From assembly GCA_963796275.1 (NCBI GenBank), contig CAWCKY010000006.1, forward strand, positions 1,376,001 through 1,440,000: a stretch of DNA of 64,000 nucleotides, read 5' to 3'. Positions 1 through 14,064 of the stretch are shown here, in pieces. The position numbers were made by a program, and so were the translations under genes. The notes under the pieces are model-generated. The model was not told the DNA's origin. It was given only the letters and a program-made list of their open reading frames with translations, and searched no databases. Each line of letters begins with the position of its first letter. Position 1 is the stretch's first letter. The DNA comes from an uncultured Acidobacteriota bacterium (lineage in GTDB: Bacteria; Acidobacteriota; Blastocatellia; RBC074).

Positions 1-128
1 TCATCGCGCGCAATGCCGACAATGGCGATGCATGGGAGTGGATCGATTTACCGCAATATCCGCTGAAGTACGGGCTGGGTGCTTACCGTCTGGGGATGAA
101 TGTGATCGTTTATGCCATGACTCACTAA
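1..128 (+). CDS. C-terminal fragment of a DUF4159-family protein (runs off the left edge)
   Basis: Frame 3 reads [41 protein letters not shown], matching the typical DUF4159 C-terminus. Not in the ORF track. Confidence 0.75.
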   Translation, partial: IARNADNGDAWEWIDLPQYPLKYGLGAYRLGMNVIVYAMTH

Positions 129-232
129 ACCGAGGAACTGGATAATTGATAGTTGATAATTCAAATATTCTGAAGCAACAATTATTACGAACTATCAACT
201 ATTAATTATCCAGTTCCCCAGTTGCTCTCTCT

Positions 233-2179
233 TTATTCGAGCGGTAGAGAAGTAACGAGCGAGAATCTGTAATTAAAGGCTAGGTTTCGATCCCACGTTA
301 TTCCGCCATTGACCGATGTATGTGACATACTCGGTGTCGGTCCGGTACTACTCAAGCCAATGAGGGGGGGCTGCCCGTTGGCCCCGGGATAAGGTATTGT
401 AGTGGGAACCTGAAGGACGATGAATAGATTCTGAATACTGCCATCGGCAATCCCATTCTGCACTTTCCGGCCTAATGACCACGGGTTCTTGAAATAGAAT
501 GGCGCCAGATCGCCATCCTGCCCGACAAATCCGTTTTTTACCTCCAGCGGGTTGGCCAGATCGATCGACACGGTATTGTCCGGATTTTCCACACCAGTCG
601 TCAGCATCGCTTTCGCGTAGACCGGAACGGTCGAAGCGTCAAAGACATTGGTATCGAAAGCCACACCCTGAATCAATATCTCACCGCCGGGATTGATCGC
701 AGTGATCTGTGATGCCTTTATCTGCATAGCAAACAGTGTCCCTGGCTGAAGATTGAGGAAGCCAATCCCGTTTAGCGGTCCAAAGTTATTGATATTGATC
801 GAGTCGGCGGTGACGATATCGATGCCGGACCGCGTCAACCCGAGTATAGAGAGGATAGGTTTACGTTGACTGAGCTTGAATTCCCGCGCATCCTCCAAAA
901 CTCCGTTGTGAAATTCCTCATTGAAGTTCTGTTGTCCAAAGATGGTGCCTAACTGTGTTGTGAGGCCGACTGAGGTGGCAGGCACCGGCGAGCCGTCCAC
1001 CGGTTGTGCCCCCACCGCGTAGAGACCCGTGGGAACCGGGATCACATAGTTGCCGTTGAGAATGTGAAAGGCCGGGTCATTTAGAATACCCAAGCCGCCC
1101 GTCGCTGGATTGTAAAGAACCTGGGTAGTGCCGCTGAAGCCGCTGGCGACGACATCATCGGTCAGATACTTAACGGCGAACACATTACCGCCGGCGATCG
1201 GTTGATTCAGTACGCCGTGCCGTAGTTCGCCTTTGAGCAGACCATATCTCAATTTGAATGGGATATCGCCCGACCGGATCGCCGCGGGTCCGGATGAAGC
1301 CGTGCCTTCGGGATAGAAGTAAGAGCTCCAGGCGATATCATCCGAGCTCAATGTACGCTGCGCAAGCTCGGCGACCGGATCACCGGTGTCGATGAAGGGA
1401 AACATGGTCGCCCCATTACCATCATCGTCATCGAGTTGATTTTCGAGCGTGTGAGAGAGGCCGTGAGAGTGACCGAACTCGTGAACGGCGACCGCAAAAA
1501 GATCGACTGAACGCCCGATCACGTCCGCATCCGCATCGGCGGTTGTAAATCGGAAGCCGAAGGTCGCATTCGGGTTAAAAGTAATATCGTTGTCCAGAAT
1601 GCTGCCGGCCTTATAGAAGCCCGCGGGAAATTCTATGTCGCCGTCTTTGTCGACATCGGTGGTGACGCTGATGTCGTCGGAGACATCGGAGTCACCGTCG
1701 CCGTCGATATCGTCTCCGTCGGCCATTTCGGTGTCCGCTATCAAACTGACCGAGGGCGATGAGGCGATTGCCATAAAGGTGTTCGGGGCACGGAACGTCA
1801 CCTCATTGACGAAATCGAATCCGGCAAACCCGGTATTCCCGGTCGTTCCGGTGATCCGCATATCGATGAACGAGGTTGGTATCCTGTTCCAGGCATCGAA
1901 GGCAGCCTGAAAGGTCGCCCGCGCAGCATCCGCTGATAAGAACGGCGCACCGAGCGGGTTGGGGATGGGGTCCAGCGAGTTATTCATGCTGTATTTCACG
2001 GGGATGGATCGTGAATCCCATTTATAACCGATCACTCGCGCGGCGATCTGGCCTGGTATCGGTGACGGGACATTGCCCGTTATGTCAATGGTCTCGAGGG
2101 CGCCGCCCGCTGGAACCGAGGCCGCATTCGCTAGCAGTAAGCAGACGATGAGGCAAAATGAAAGAGTTTTTCTTTGCAT
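233..2179 (-). CDS. Secreted matrixin-like (M10/metzincin) zinc metalloprotease
   Basis: Signal peptide; HEFGHSHGLSH zinc motif; Met-turn ATMFP; acidic DxDxDG Ca-binding-like segments. Confidence 0.85.
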   Translation of the reverse strand: MQRKTLSFCLIVCLLLANAASVPAGGALETIDITGNVPSPIPGQIAARVIGYKWDSRSIPVKYSMNNSLDPIPNPLGAPFLSADAARATFQAAFDAWNRIPTSFIDMRITGTTGNTGFAGFDFVNEVTFRAPNTFMAIASSPSVSLIADTEMADGDDIDGDGDSDVSDDISVTTDVDKDGDIEFPAGFYKAGSILDNDITFNPNATFGFRFTTADADADVIGRSVDLFAVAVHEFGHSHGLSHTLENQLDDDDGNGATMFPFIDTGDPVAELAQRTLSSDDIAWSSYFYPEGTASSGPAAIRSGDIPFKLRYGLLKGELRHGVLNQPIAGGNVFAVKYLTDDVVASGFSGTTQVLYNPATGGLGILNDPAFHILNGNYVIPVPTGLYAVGAQPVDGSPVPATSVGLTTQLGTIFGQQNFNEEFHNGVLEDAREFKLSQRKPILSILGLTRSGIDIVTADSININNFGPLNGIGFLNLQPGTLFAMQIKASQITAINPGGEILIQGVAFDTNVFDASTVPVYAKAMLTTGVENPDNTVSIDLANPLEVKNGFVGQDGDLAPFYFKNPWSLGRKVQNGIADGSIQNLFIVLQVPTTIPYPGANGQPPLIGLSSTGPTPSMSHTSVNGGITWDRNLAFNYRFSLVTSLPLE

Positions 2180-2234
2180 AACTTTCTCCTTGTCGATTCG
2201 ATGATGAAAACCTATGGCTATAAGTGAACGGCTG

Positions 2235-2831
2235 TTATTGCAGGTAACCTTTGATCCTCTCCTTGAATTCCGACAAGGGGGTCAGTTGTTGTTGTCCACG
2301 CATGACTCCAACAGCTCTGTTGATACGCATTTTGCTCGGGTCGCGTGAGACCATATCCTGACCTGCATCATTCTTGACAATGGAGAATTTACCCTGCGCG
2401 TATCCCATCACAGCATAGGCGTTCGCGGTGGTGTCCGCTGGCGTAAGGAAAAGAAATACATTCTCTTGCGGCTGGATCGTCGGTGCGCCCGGATAGTTCA
2501 TGGCTATGGGGTGTTTTCGATTCGAATCGATGCCACCGGGTAAAGCCACTGTGACAGTCGAAGCCGAGCCTTTGATAGCATCGCTTACCGAGATTGTTGC
2601 CAGGGTGACCAACCTGCGCCCCTCAACCCACGTGCTGCGGGTCTCGGTACACTGACCCATGATGATCAGTTCTGAACGCTGCGTCATGTCTTGCATCGTT
2701 AGATCGGTTGACGTGGTAACTGATGCCATCTGATCTGGCTGTTGCTGATTGATCGCCCGGCTCGTTCGTAGGCTCGCAACGACGAAGGCGATCAGGAGAG
2801 AACAACAGACAGCAAGAACCGCTTTTTTCAT
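2235..2831 (-). CDS. Secreted hypothetical protein (OB/TIMP-NTR-like), co-oriented upstream of the protease
   Basis: Signal peptide; LTMQDMTQRSELIIMGQC...KG...LPGG...GKF pattern resembles the domain often found at the N-terminus of bacterial matrixins. Confidence 0.6.
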   Translation of the reverse strand: MKKAVLAVCCSLLIAFVVASLRTSRAINQQQPDQMASVTTSTDLTMQDMTQRSELIIMGQCTETRSTWVEGRRLVTLATISVSDAIKGSASTVTVALPGGIDSNRKHPIAMNYPGAPTIQPQENVFLFLTPADTTANAYAVMGYAQGKFSIVKNDAGQDMVSRDPSKMRINRAVGVMRGQQQLTPLSEFKERIKGYLQ

Positions 2832-3023
2832 TATTTACACTCCTTTGTTATGATCCGGTATGGAATTTTGATGTTTCAACTGGAATACGTATGGGCTGTA
2901 TATATCAGTTTTCGGGAAGCCGGTGAGGGCTTTGTGAGGGTGTTCCCGCCTGCATTTTATATAATTAAGCGCGCGTTTTTACAATGGAGATCAGACCTGA
3001 GGCACAAGTCCGGATAGATTTCT

Positions 3024-3708
3024 TTAAACTACGAATTTATACCCGACCCGATGTACTGTAATGATGTGCCTGGGATCGCTTGGCGTCTCTTCGATCTTTT
3101 GTCTCAGTTTTGCGATGTGCATATCGACTGTGCGAGTGAGCGGGAAACTGCCGTAGCCCCAAACCGAATCGAGAAGCTGGTCGCGCGTGATAACCTCGCC
3201 GCGGTGCTCAATGAAGAACCTGAGGATATTGAACTCGCGCGGAGACATCTCCAGAGGGACGCCTCCCTTTGTCACCTCGAACTTCTTGAAATTGACGGCC
3301 ACATCTCCGAAGCGGAAATCATCAGTAGTTTCCGCTTGACGGTTCGTGCGGCGGAGCAGCGCTTCGACGCGAGCCATCAGTTCCATAAAGCTGAATGGTT
3401 TGGTGACATAATCGTCCGCTCCTATCTTCAGTCCGACGACTTTGTCAATTTCCTGACCGCGAGCCGTCGAGCATGATGATCGGTGTGGCGTTGCCCGTGT
3501 TGCGCAGTTGTTTGCAGACATCGAAACCGCTCACCTTGGGTAGCATGACGTCGAGGATGATCAGATCGAGTTCTCTCTCCCCGGCCATTTTCAGGCCGGC
3601 GAGGCCGTCACGCGCTACCTGCACGGCATAGCCTTCGTACTCGAATCCGTCGCGCAGCGCGACCGCCATCGCCTGGTCGTCTTCTACTATCAATACTTTT
3701 CCGGTCAT
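3024..3708 (-). CDS. OmpR/PhoB-family response regulator, frameshifted (+1 base near 3468)
   Basis: Receiver domain (VLIVEDD, LDVMLP) in one frame, continuing [13 protein letters not shown]...[10 protein letters not shown] and a wHTH (TVHRVGYKF) in another. Removing one base restores IIMLTARGQE. Confidence 0.9.
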
Positions 3709-3709
3709 C

Positions 3710-5449
<1,740 letters not shown>

Positions 5450-5640
5450 TTCTCCTCTAGCGAGCGCCGATAAGCGCAGCTTTTATGACCCGACGGCGCA
5501 AGCCCGCAAGCCGGTTGTTCTGCCTACCGCGCACATTTCTTTGTGCGAGCCCGTCCAAAAACAGGAACGGTCACATAACCCATTGATGTATACAAGTATA
5601 CATCGAATCAAACATCCGCAGCTGAGCTGGCGTCACCCGA

Positions 5641-5697
5641 TTTTACAGAACGTTTACATCTTTTACCTGATTTTACCGGGGTTTGACGACATTTACC
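5641..5697. promoter_or_regulatory. Phased TTTAC/TTGAC direct-repeat array, putative OmpR-family binding sites
   Basis: Motif at 5642, 5653, 5662, 5672, 5683 and 5692 (9-11 bp spacing) in the divergent region between the kinase and the regulator. Confidence 0.45.
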
Positions 5698-5770
5698 AAA
5701 ACTATTGCCATACTATAAATACACAATAAACAAGATATGGAGAAGGAACAACAAGGAGGAAGAGTCCAGG

Positions 5771-6772
5771 ATGGGAAGCGAAGCTATCGGTCAAAATGCG
5801 CCGGCATATCAACCGCGTCCGGCGTTAACTCTCGTTGATAGCCAGCGGGTCGTCTCATATGAAAGCTATGAGTGTTTCGCCGGTGTCAGCACCAATGTTG
5901 CAGATCTGAAAACGTTCATAGGCGTGCATGCCGCTCAGTTGCATCCGGTCCTCGTCATCGGCGAACGCGGCTTGCGGCAGGAACAGGCGGCGCGGGTATT
6001 GCATCAGGCGAGCGCGCAATGGGCGCAGCCTTTCTTCGCGGTCAATGCCCACGGGCTGAGCGCTGAAGCGTTGCATAATTTGTTATTCGGTCCGCAGGGC
6101 ATGATCGAAAACGTCAAACGCGGAACGATCTATATCAATGAACTGACGTGTTTGCCGCTTCTGTTGCAGCAACGCTTCGCCGTATACCTGGAGGAACAAC
6201 GATGGCGAGAACGCGGAGCGCAACCTGCGCAACAAAGGCTGGTCTTCGCTTCCGAGTGGAACCCGTCCGACAGATCGGCTGAAAACCGCATCGCTTACGG
6301 CCTCATAGAGATGCTTCGCCCGTTCAGCTTCACTATCAGGCCCCTGCGAGAACGCGGAGAGGATATCCCTTATCTGGCGAAGCTCCTGGTGACGCGGATT
6401 TCTCAACGCATGAAAAAAGGCGTCCACGAGCTGACCCAGGGAGCCATCGATGCGCTTATGGAATATCAGTGGTCCGAGAATATCGATGAGCTCGAGGCGG
6501 CGCTCGAGGGAGCCATTGCCATTCTGCCGCCGCAGCAGATCGATGAATCCGTGCTGCCGCCGCGCATCAGGTATGCTCGACTGAAATCAATTCCGCCGGA
6601 CGGTGTCGATCTGCCTCAGATCGTCGATGAATACGAGCGCGAACTCATCGCCACGGCGTTGCGACAGAGCGGGGGAAGCCAGACGAAAGCCTCGAAGCTG
6701 CTCGGGCTGCGCGTGCAGACCTTAAATATGAAGCTCAAACGGTATGCAGATCAGGCGAGGCCCTTGCTCTGA
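5771..6772 (+). CDS. Degenerate sigma54-activator-like (AAA+ / Fis HTH) transcriptional regulator
   Basis: PVLVIGERG, PFFAVN and PLRERGEDIP motifs; C-terminal Fis HTH (KASKLLGL); likely start ATG 5771 after an AAGGAGG/AGG-rich stretch. Confidence 0.8.
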   Translation: MGSEAIGQNAPAYQPRPALTLVDSQRVVSYESYECFAGVSTNVADLKTFIGVHAAQLHPVLVIGERGLRQEQAARVLHQASAQWAQPFFAVNAHGLSAEALHNLLFGPQGMIENVKRGTIYINELTCLPLLLQQRFAVYLEEQRWRERGAQPAQQRLVFASEWNPSDRSAENRIAYGLIEMLRPFSFTIRPLRERGEDIPYLAKLLVTRISQRMKKGVHELTQGAIDALMEYQWSENIDELEAALEGAIAILPPQQIDESVLPPRIRYARLKSIPPDGVDLPQIVDEYERELIATALRQSGGSQTKASKLLGLRVQTLNMKLKRYADQARPLL

Positions 6773-6811
6773 AGGATCTGAAGGATATGAATGCTCTGAA
6801 TGCTCTTAACC

Positions 6812-6911
6812 GGGCCGCAGTCGCCGCAGGCATCGTGGCAATTGCAGGAGATCACGGTCGGGCAAGCTGATTTATGGTTTGCCGCCGCGGTGCCTGCGAG
6901 GGCTGCGGCCC
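6812..6911. repeat. Long GC-rich imperfect hairpin between convergent genes
   Basis: gggccgcag..cgcaggcatcgtggc / gccgcggtgcctgcg..ctgcggccc. Confidence 0.6.
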
Positions 6912-6913
6912 CC

Positions 6914-7016
6914 TATCATTTATCATTTTACATTTGTCATATTATATTTTTCATTGAAGAAGCTGCATATCTTCAATGAAAAATGTAAAATTACAAATGT
7001 AAAATGATAAATGATA
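6914..7016. repeat. AT-rich palindrome built of heptamers (CATTTTA/CATTTGT), family copy 1
   Basis: ~47-bp inverted arms with a ttgaaga..tcttcaa core; related copies at 39181 and 58746. Confidence 0.8.
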
Positions 7017-7033
7017 ACAATCTTTTCCCACAC

Positions 7034-8351
7034 TTAATCGTAGTATTCCAATCCCAGATGGGTAATCAGCTCCTCGCCACGCAGATGCCGCAACGTATTC
7101 TTCAATTTCATCAACTGGATGAAGAGATCGTGTTCCGGATAAAGCTGCGGCGCACACATCGGGCTCTTGAAGTAGAATGATAGCCACTCCTGTATTCCCC
7201 TCATTCCAACGCGCTGAGCCAGATCCATGAAGAGAGCCAGATCGAGCACAATTGGCGCAGCCAGGATCGAGTCGCGGCAGAGGAAATCGATCTTTATCTG
7301 CATTGGGTAGCCCAGCCATCCGAAAATATCGATATTGTCCCATCCCTCTTTGTTGTCACCGCGCGGCGGATAATAGTTGATTCGGACGAGATGCGAGAAG
7401 TCGCCGTAGAGAGTGGGATAGACTTGAGGTTGAAGGATGTATTCGAGCACCGAAAGCTTCGATTCCTCTTTGGTCTTGAATGAGCCGGGATCGTCGAGCA
7501 CCTCCCCGTCGCGGTTCCCCAGGATATTGGTTGAATACCATCCGTGCAGGCCCAACATCCGCGCTTTCAGGCCGGGCGCCAGGATCGTCTTCATAAGGGT
7601 CTGGCCGGTTTTAAAATCCTTCCCGCAGATCGGCAGGTTTTCTTTCTCCGCCAGATCGGTCAGAGCCGGAATGTCAACTGTCAGGTTCGGCGCGCCATTG
7701 GCGAAACCCACGCCGGATTTGAGCGCGGCGTAAGCATAGATCATAGATGGGGCAATCGCCTTATGGTTCTCACGCATCGCCTTTTCAAATGCGTCGAGCG
7801 ACTTATGAACCGCGTGCTGCTTGATAAAGACTTCGGTCGACCCGCACCAGTATCATGACCATCCGCGAGCACCTGTTCTTCTTCTTGAACTGAGCGATGT
7901 CTTCCATCAACTGCCGGGCCAGGTCCATCTTATTCTTGCCCTTCTTGACATGCGTTCCGCTCAGGCGTTTGACATAATCTTGCTCGAAGACGGCGGGCAT
8001 CGGCTTGATCTTCGAGAGCTGCGACTTGAGTTGGACGAGCAGCTCCTTCTCGATGACGCCCGCCTGCATTGCGGCGTCGTAACAGTTCTCTTCGAAAATG
8101 TCCCAGGCGCCGAAGACCAGATCATCGATCTCAGCGAGCGGGACGAAATCTTTGATGAGTGGCGAACGGCCGTCTGTGCGCTTACCGAGACGGATCGTGC
8201 CCATCTGTGTGAGACTTCCAATAGGTTTCGCCAGGCCCTTGCGTAGTGCCTCGATGCCGGCGATGAAAGTGGTTGTCACTGCGCCCATTCCGACAAGCAG
8301 AACGCCCAGTTTGCCCTTCGGTTCAGTTACAGGTGCGCCTTTTTCGAACAT
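7034..8351 (-). CDS. ino1: myo-inositol-1-phosphate synthase, frameshifted (+1 base near 7850)
   Basis: GVLLVGMGAVTTT, GKDFKTGQT, NILGNRDG, GDNKEGWD, CRDSILAAP and FYFKSP motifs. Removing one base gives MIWCGSTEVF. Confidence 0.9.
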
Positions 8352-8834
8352 TTTGAATGCTCCTTGGAAAATAGTTGGGAATACCGCCTTTAGTCGACTG
8401 AACTCTAACCGCCTGAAGGCAAAACTCCGAATGCGTTTTCAATATTTCAAGGCTTCGTGCTCCTTGAAATATTGATTTTGTTTGACAGGATCTATAAAAC
8501 GGGATTTATAGGAATATTTATAGATATAATACATTGAACAAATATTGAGAAAATCTGTAACGCCTCTATAAACGCCTAAATCCTGCCTAAATTGTCATTT
8601 ACTCAGGGCCATTCCAGTTGGTATGGATGATTCCTGAGGTTGAGAATGTTAAGCAGATTAGCGGTGGGCTAAAAAAATGTCTTGCGTGATCTTGCCGAAT
8701 ATTGTCGCTGATTTGCTTTCGGCTTCTTGCAATCGGCATGCGAACCGGTAAAATAACCGCTCAGTCATCCAAGTGGCTGAGATCATAGATTCATCCGAGA
8801 AATCGCGATCAGAATCGAGGAAGGAGAAGCTGTA

Positions 8835-9095
8835 ATGGCTGTCTATATTATTTGTGAACCATGCATCGGCACAAAAGATACCGCGTGCGTTGACGTTTGC
8901 CCGGTAGACTGCATTCATCCGCGCAAGGATGAGCCGGATTTCGAATCGATAAATCACCTCTATATCAATCCGGATGAGTGCATCGATTGCGGCGCGTGTC
9001 AGCCCGCATGTCCAGTTGAAGCGATTTATCGCGATGAAGACGTGCCCGAGCAGTGGCGGAATTATATTCAGATCAACGCCGATCACTTTAAATAG
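8835..9095 (+). CDS. Dicluster (7Fe/8Fe-type) ferredoxin
   Basis: CIGTKDTACVDVCPVDCIH and CIDCGACQPACP; AAGGAG RBS. Confidence 0.95.
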   Translation: MAVYIICEPCIGTKDTACVDVCPVDCIHPRKDEPDFESINHLYINPDECIDCGACQPACPVEAIYRDEDVPEQWRNYIQINADHFK

Positions 9096-9114
9096 TGATC
9101 ATTTATTTAAGCCA

Positions 9115-9178
9115 GAAAAAAGGCAAAAAGGGCAAGAGGCTGAATAATCGCCTTTTGCTCCTTTTTGCCCTTTTTATT
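9115..9178. terminator. Probable bidirectional terminator hairpin
   Basis: aaaaaaggcaaaaagggcaagaggc / gccttttgctcctttttgcccttttt between convergent genes. Confidence 0.6.
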
Positions 9179-9195
9179 TCCGGCCTTGACGTCGA

Positions 9196-10779
9196 TCAGG
9201 GCTTTGATGATTTTTCCGTCTGAATCGGATCCTTCAACTTCTCTTTCTCGGCCTCGACATTGAAACGTTTATAATTGCCGTAATCGATCGCCACATTGAA
9301 GTCGATGCCTTTCACGAGGAAGACTTTGATGCCTAAATTGAGGTCCGCCCGGGTCGGCAGCCATATTTCGTCGTTAACGCGGTCCTGTTCGATCACAAAC
9401 GATCCACCCTCTTTCAGCGAGGCGACCAATCCGCCGCCTATTTTGTACGGCTCGACCAGACGCGCTTCGACGCGCGCGACCTGTTTGCCCTCCACATCGA
9501 CCCAGAGTGCGCCCGCCATCTTGCCGAAAATCTTTTCGTAGTCTTTCTGCGGTTTGTATCCGGGCAACGGCTCGTAATCGAAAACGATCACATCGCGGTT
9601 CCGGTAACGTTCGCGCCGCGGATTGACCAGCTTCGACGCACGCAATACGTCCGCGATTGAAGGACGGCGGTTGCGATCGAATTCTTCATCCTCGGGATTT
9701 TCCGCTGAGGAGGCTTGAGCCTTCTTCTTCTCCTTCTCGGCTTCCTTCTTCTCGATTTCACGGATCCGTTTTTCGACGCGTTTATTCTCGTCGGCTACCT
9801 CATCGGGCGTCAGCTGTTTTCCGTTCTTCGCGATAATCCGTCGAATACGGTTCCCTTTGTAGAACGTCAATTCACGAGTTTCGGTCTCCTTCTCGCGCAG
9901 CTGACCCTTCGAATCGAGCGATCGCTTCGTGACATTCTCCGTGTATGTATAGTTCTCGAGAATCCGTTCAATCTCATCCTCATTCTGCCCGACCTCTTTG
10001 ATCAGTGCCTGAATGTCGGGCAGCGGCTCGCTCGAAACTTGCGGGAAGTCGAACATCGAGCGGTTGAGATTGGCGTTGTGTTCGATCTGATCGAGTTTGA
10101 TCTCGTATGCGTCTTCGCCTAAAGCTACCGAAATCGCATACGGCTCCATCACTCCGTCAACGGAACGGTAATCGGAGTAATCGCATGTCCTGATTAACTC
10201 GCCGGCCGGAATCTCATCTCGCATCAGGAGCCCGGATGCTGCATCGAAATGCATTTTGATCTTCACATTTTTGACAGTCGTCAAAATAAGAGAATTCGCG
10301 GTTTTCCCGTTGATCTCCGTCTTACCCGCAAAAGTGAGTTTCGATTTATCCTTTTTGTAATCTAGCCAGAGATTATTCCGCCATCTCGCTTCCGCTTGAA
10401 AATCGCGGCTGTCCGCGCCGGTCAGAGTTCTCAGGCCGTCGCGCGAATCGCGCACCCACGCCGATTTGCCGTTGTACCCTGAGCTGATTTCCAGACCGCG
10501 AATGTCATAGGCGTTGGTATAGAGATTCGGTCGCAACGATGCGGCTTGAAAGCCGCCGCTTTCTCCACTCCTGGAGTTCACGATCCTGCCTTTGGCTTGC
10601 CGCGATTTGATGCTCCTTTGCGCTTTTTCACCGCCCATCGCTTTCGCGGCCTGTTTGACGATTTTGTCGGCTGACTGGGCCGATGCTGTGATCGCGCTCA
10701 AGATAAAAATTGCCAAACAAAAGATCGCAATTGAGAATGGGTTCGGGGTGATTGCACAAAGGGTTCGGAATTGCCTCAT
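9196..10779 (-). CDS. Secreted protein with two LolA/outer-membrane-sorting-like domains
   Basis: Signal peptide; KAMGG...YNGKSAW...YSDYRSVDGVMEPY first module; second module ends IWLP...YGNYKRF. Confidence 0.6.
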   Translation of the reverse strand: MRQFRTLCAITPNPFSIAIFCLAIFILSAITASAQSADKIVKQAAKAMGGEKAQRSIKSRQAKGRIVNSRSGESGGFQAASLRPNLYTNAYDIRGLEISSGYNGKSAWVRDSRDGLRTLTGADSRDFQAEARWRNNLWLDYKKDKSKLTFAGKTEINGKTANSLILTTVKNVKIKMHFDAASGLLMRDEIPAGELIRTCDYSDYRSVDGVMEPYAISVALGEDAYEIKLDQIEHNANLNRSMFDFPQVSSEPLPDIQALIKEVGQNEDEIERILENYTYTENVTKRSLDSKGQLREKETETRELTFYKGNRIRRIIAKNGKQLTPDEVADENKRVEKRIREIEKKEAEKEKKKAQASSAENPEDEEFDRNRRPSIADVLRASKLVNPRRERYRNRDVIVFDYEPLPGYKPQKDYEKIFGKMAGALWVDVEGKQVARVEARLVEPYKIGGGLVASLKEGGSFVIEQDRVNDEIWLPTRADLNLGIKVFLVKGIDFNVAIDYGNYKRFNVEAEKEKLKDPIQTEKSSKP

Positions 10780-10923
10780 CGATTACTCCTGCTTAATTGC
10801 TTTGTTACCAGGGGGCTAAAAGTATACGAAATAAAACAGAAAAAGATCTAAAAGACGGGCCGCTGCTCCGAGTGGGCGGTTTTATCCGGCTCACTACCCG
10901 CCATTCCCGCTGACCGATATCAC

Positions 10924-10952
10924 TTGACCATATTTGCCGGCAAAGTTATAAA
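10924..10952 (+). promoter_or_regulatory. Putative sigma70 promoter
   Basis: TTGACC-N17-TATAAA upstream of 11017. Confidence 0.45.
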
Positions 10953-11016
10953 ACATCACCATCATTTATTATCTGGATCAAGTATTTTAGTCAAATAACA
11001 CTGACGGGGGTGACAG

Positions 11017-13905
<2,889 letters not shown>

Positions 13906-13910
13906 AAAAA

Positions 13911-14062
13911 CAGTTTTCAGTTTTCAGTTTCCAGTTTTAAGCTTTGGTACCCAGCCCCCGGTCTTACACAGATTACTCGGCTGAAAGCTGGAAACTGAGA
14001 ACTACGAGAACTGAGAACTGAGACTGAAAACTGAGAACTAAAAACTGAAAACTGAAAACTGA
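13911..14062. repeat. Inverted heptamer arrays (CAGTTTT)n / (GAAAACT)n
   Basis: cagttttcagttttcagtttccagtttt ... gagaactgagaactgagactgaaaactgagaactaaaaactgaaaactgaaaact. Confidence 0.8.
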
Positions 14063-14064
14063 GC

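Noticed and set aside
1-198. 65-aa minus-strand ORF from the track
   Set aside because: The plus-strand DUF4159-like C-terminus is the better explanation.
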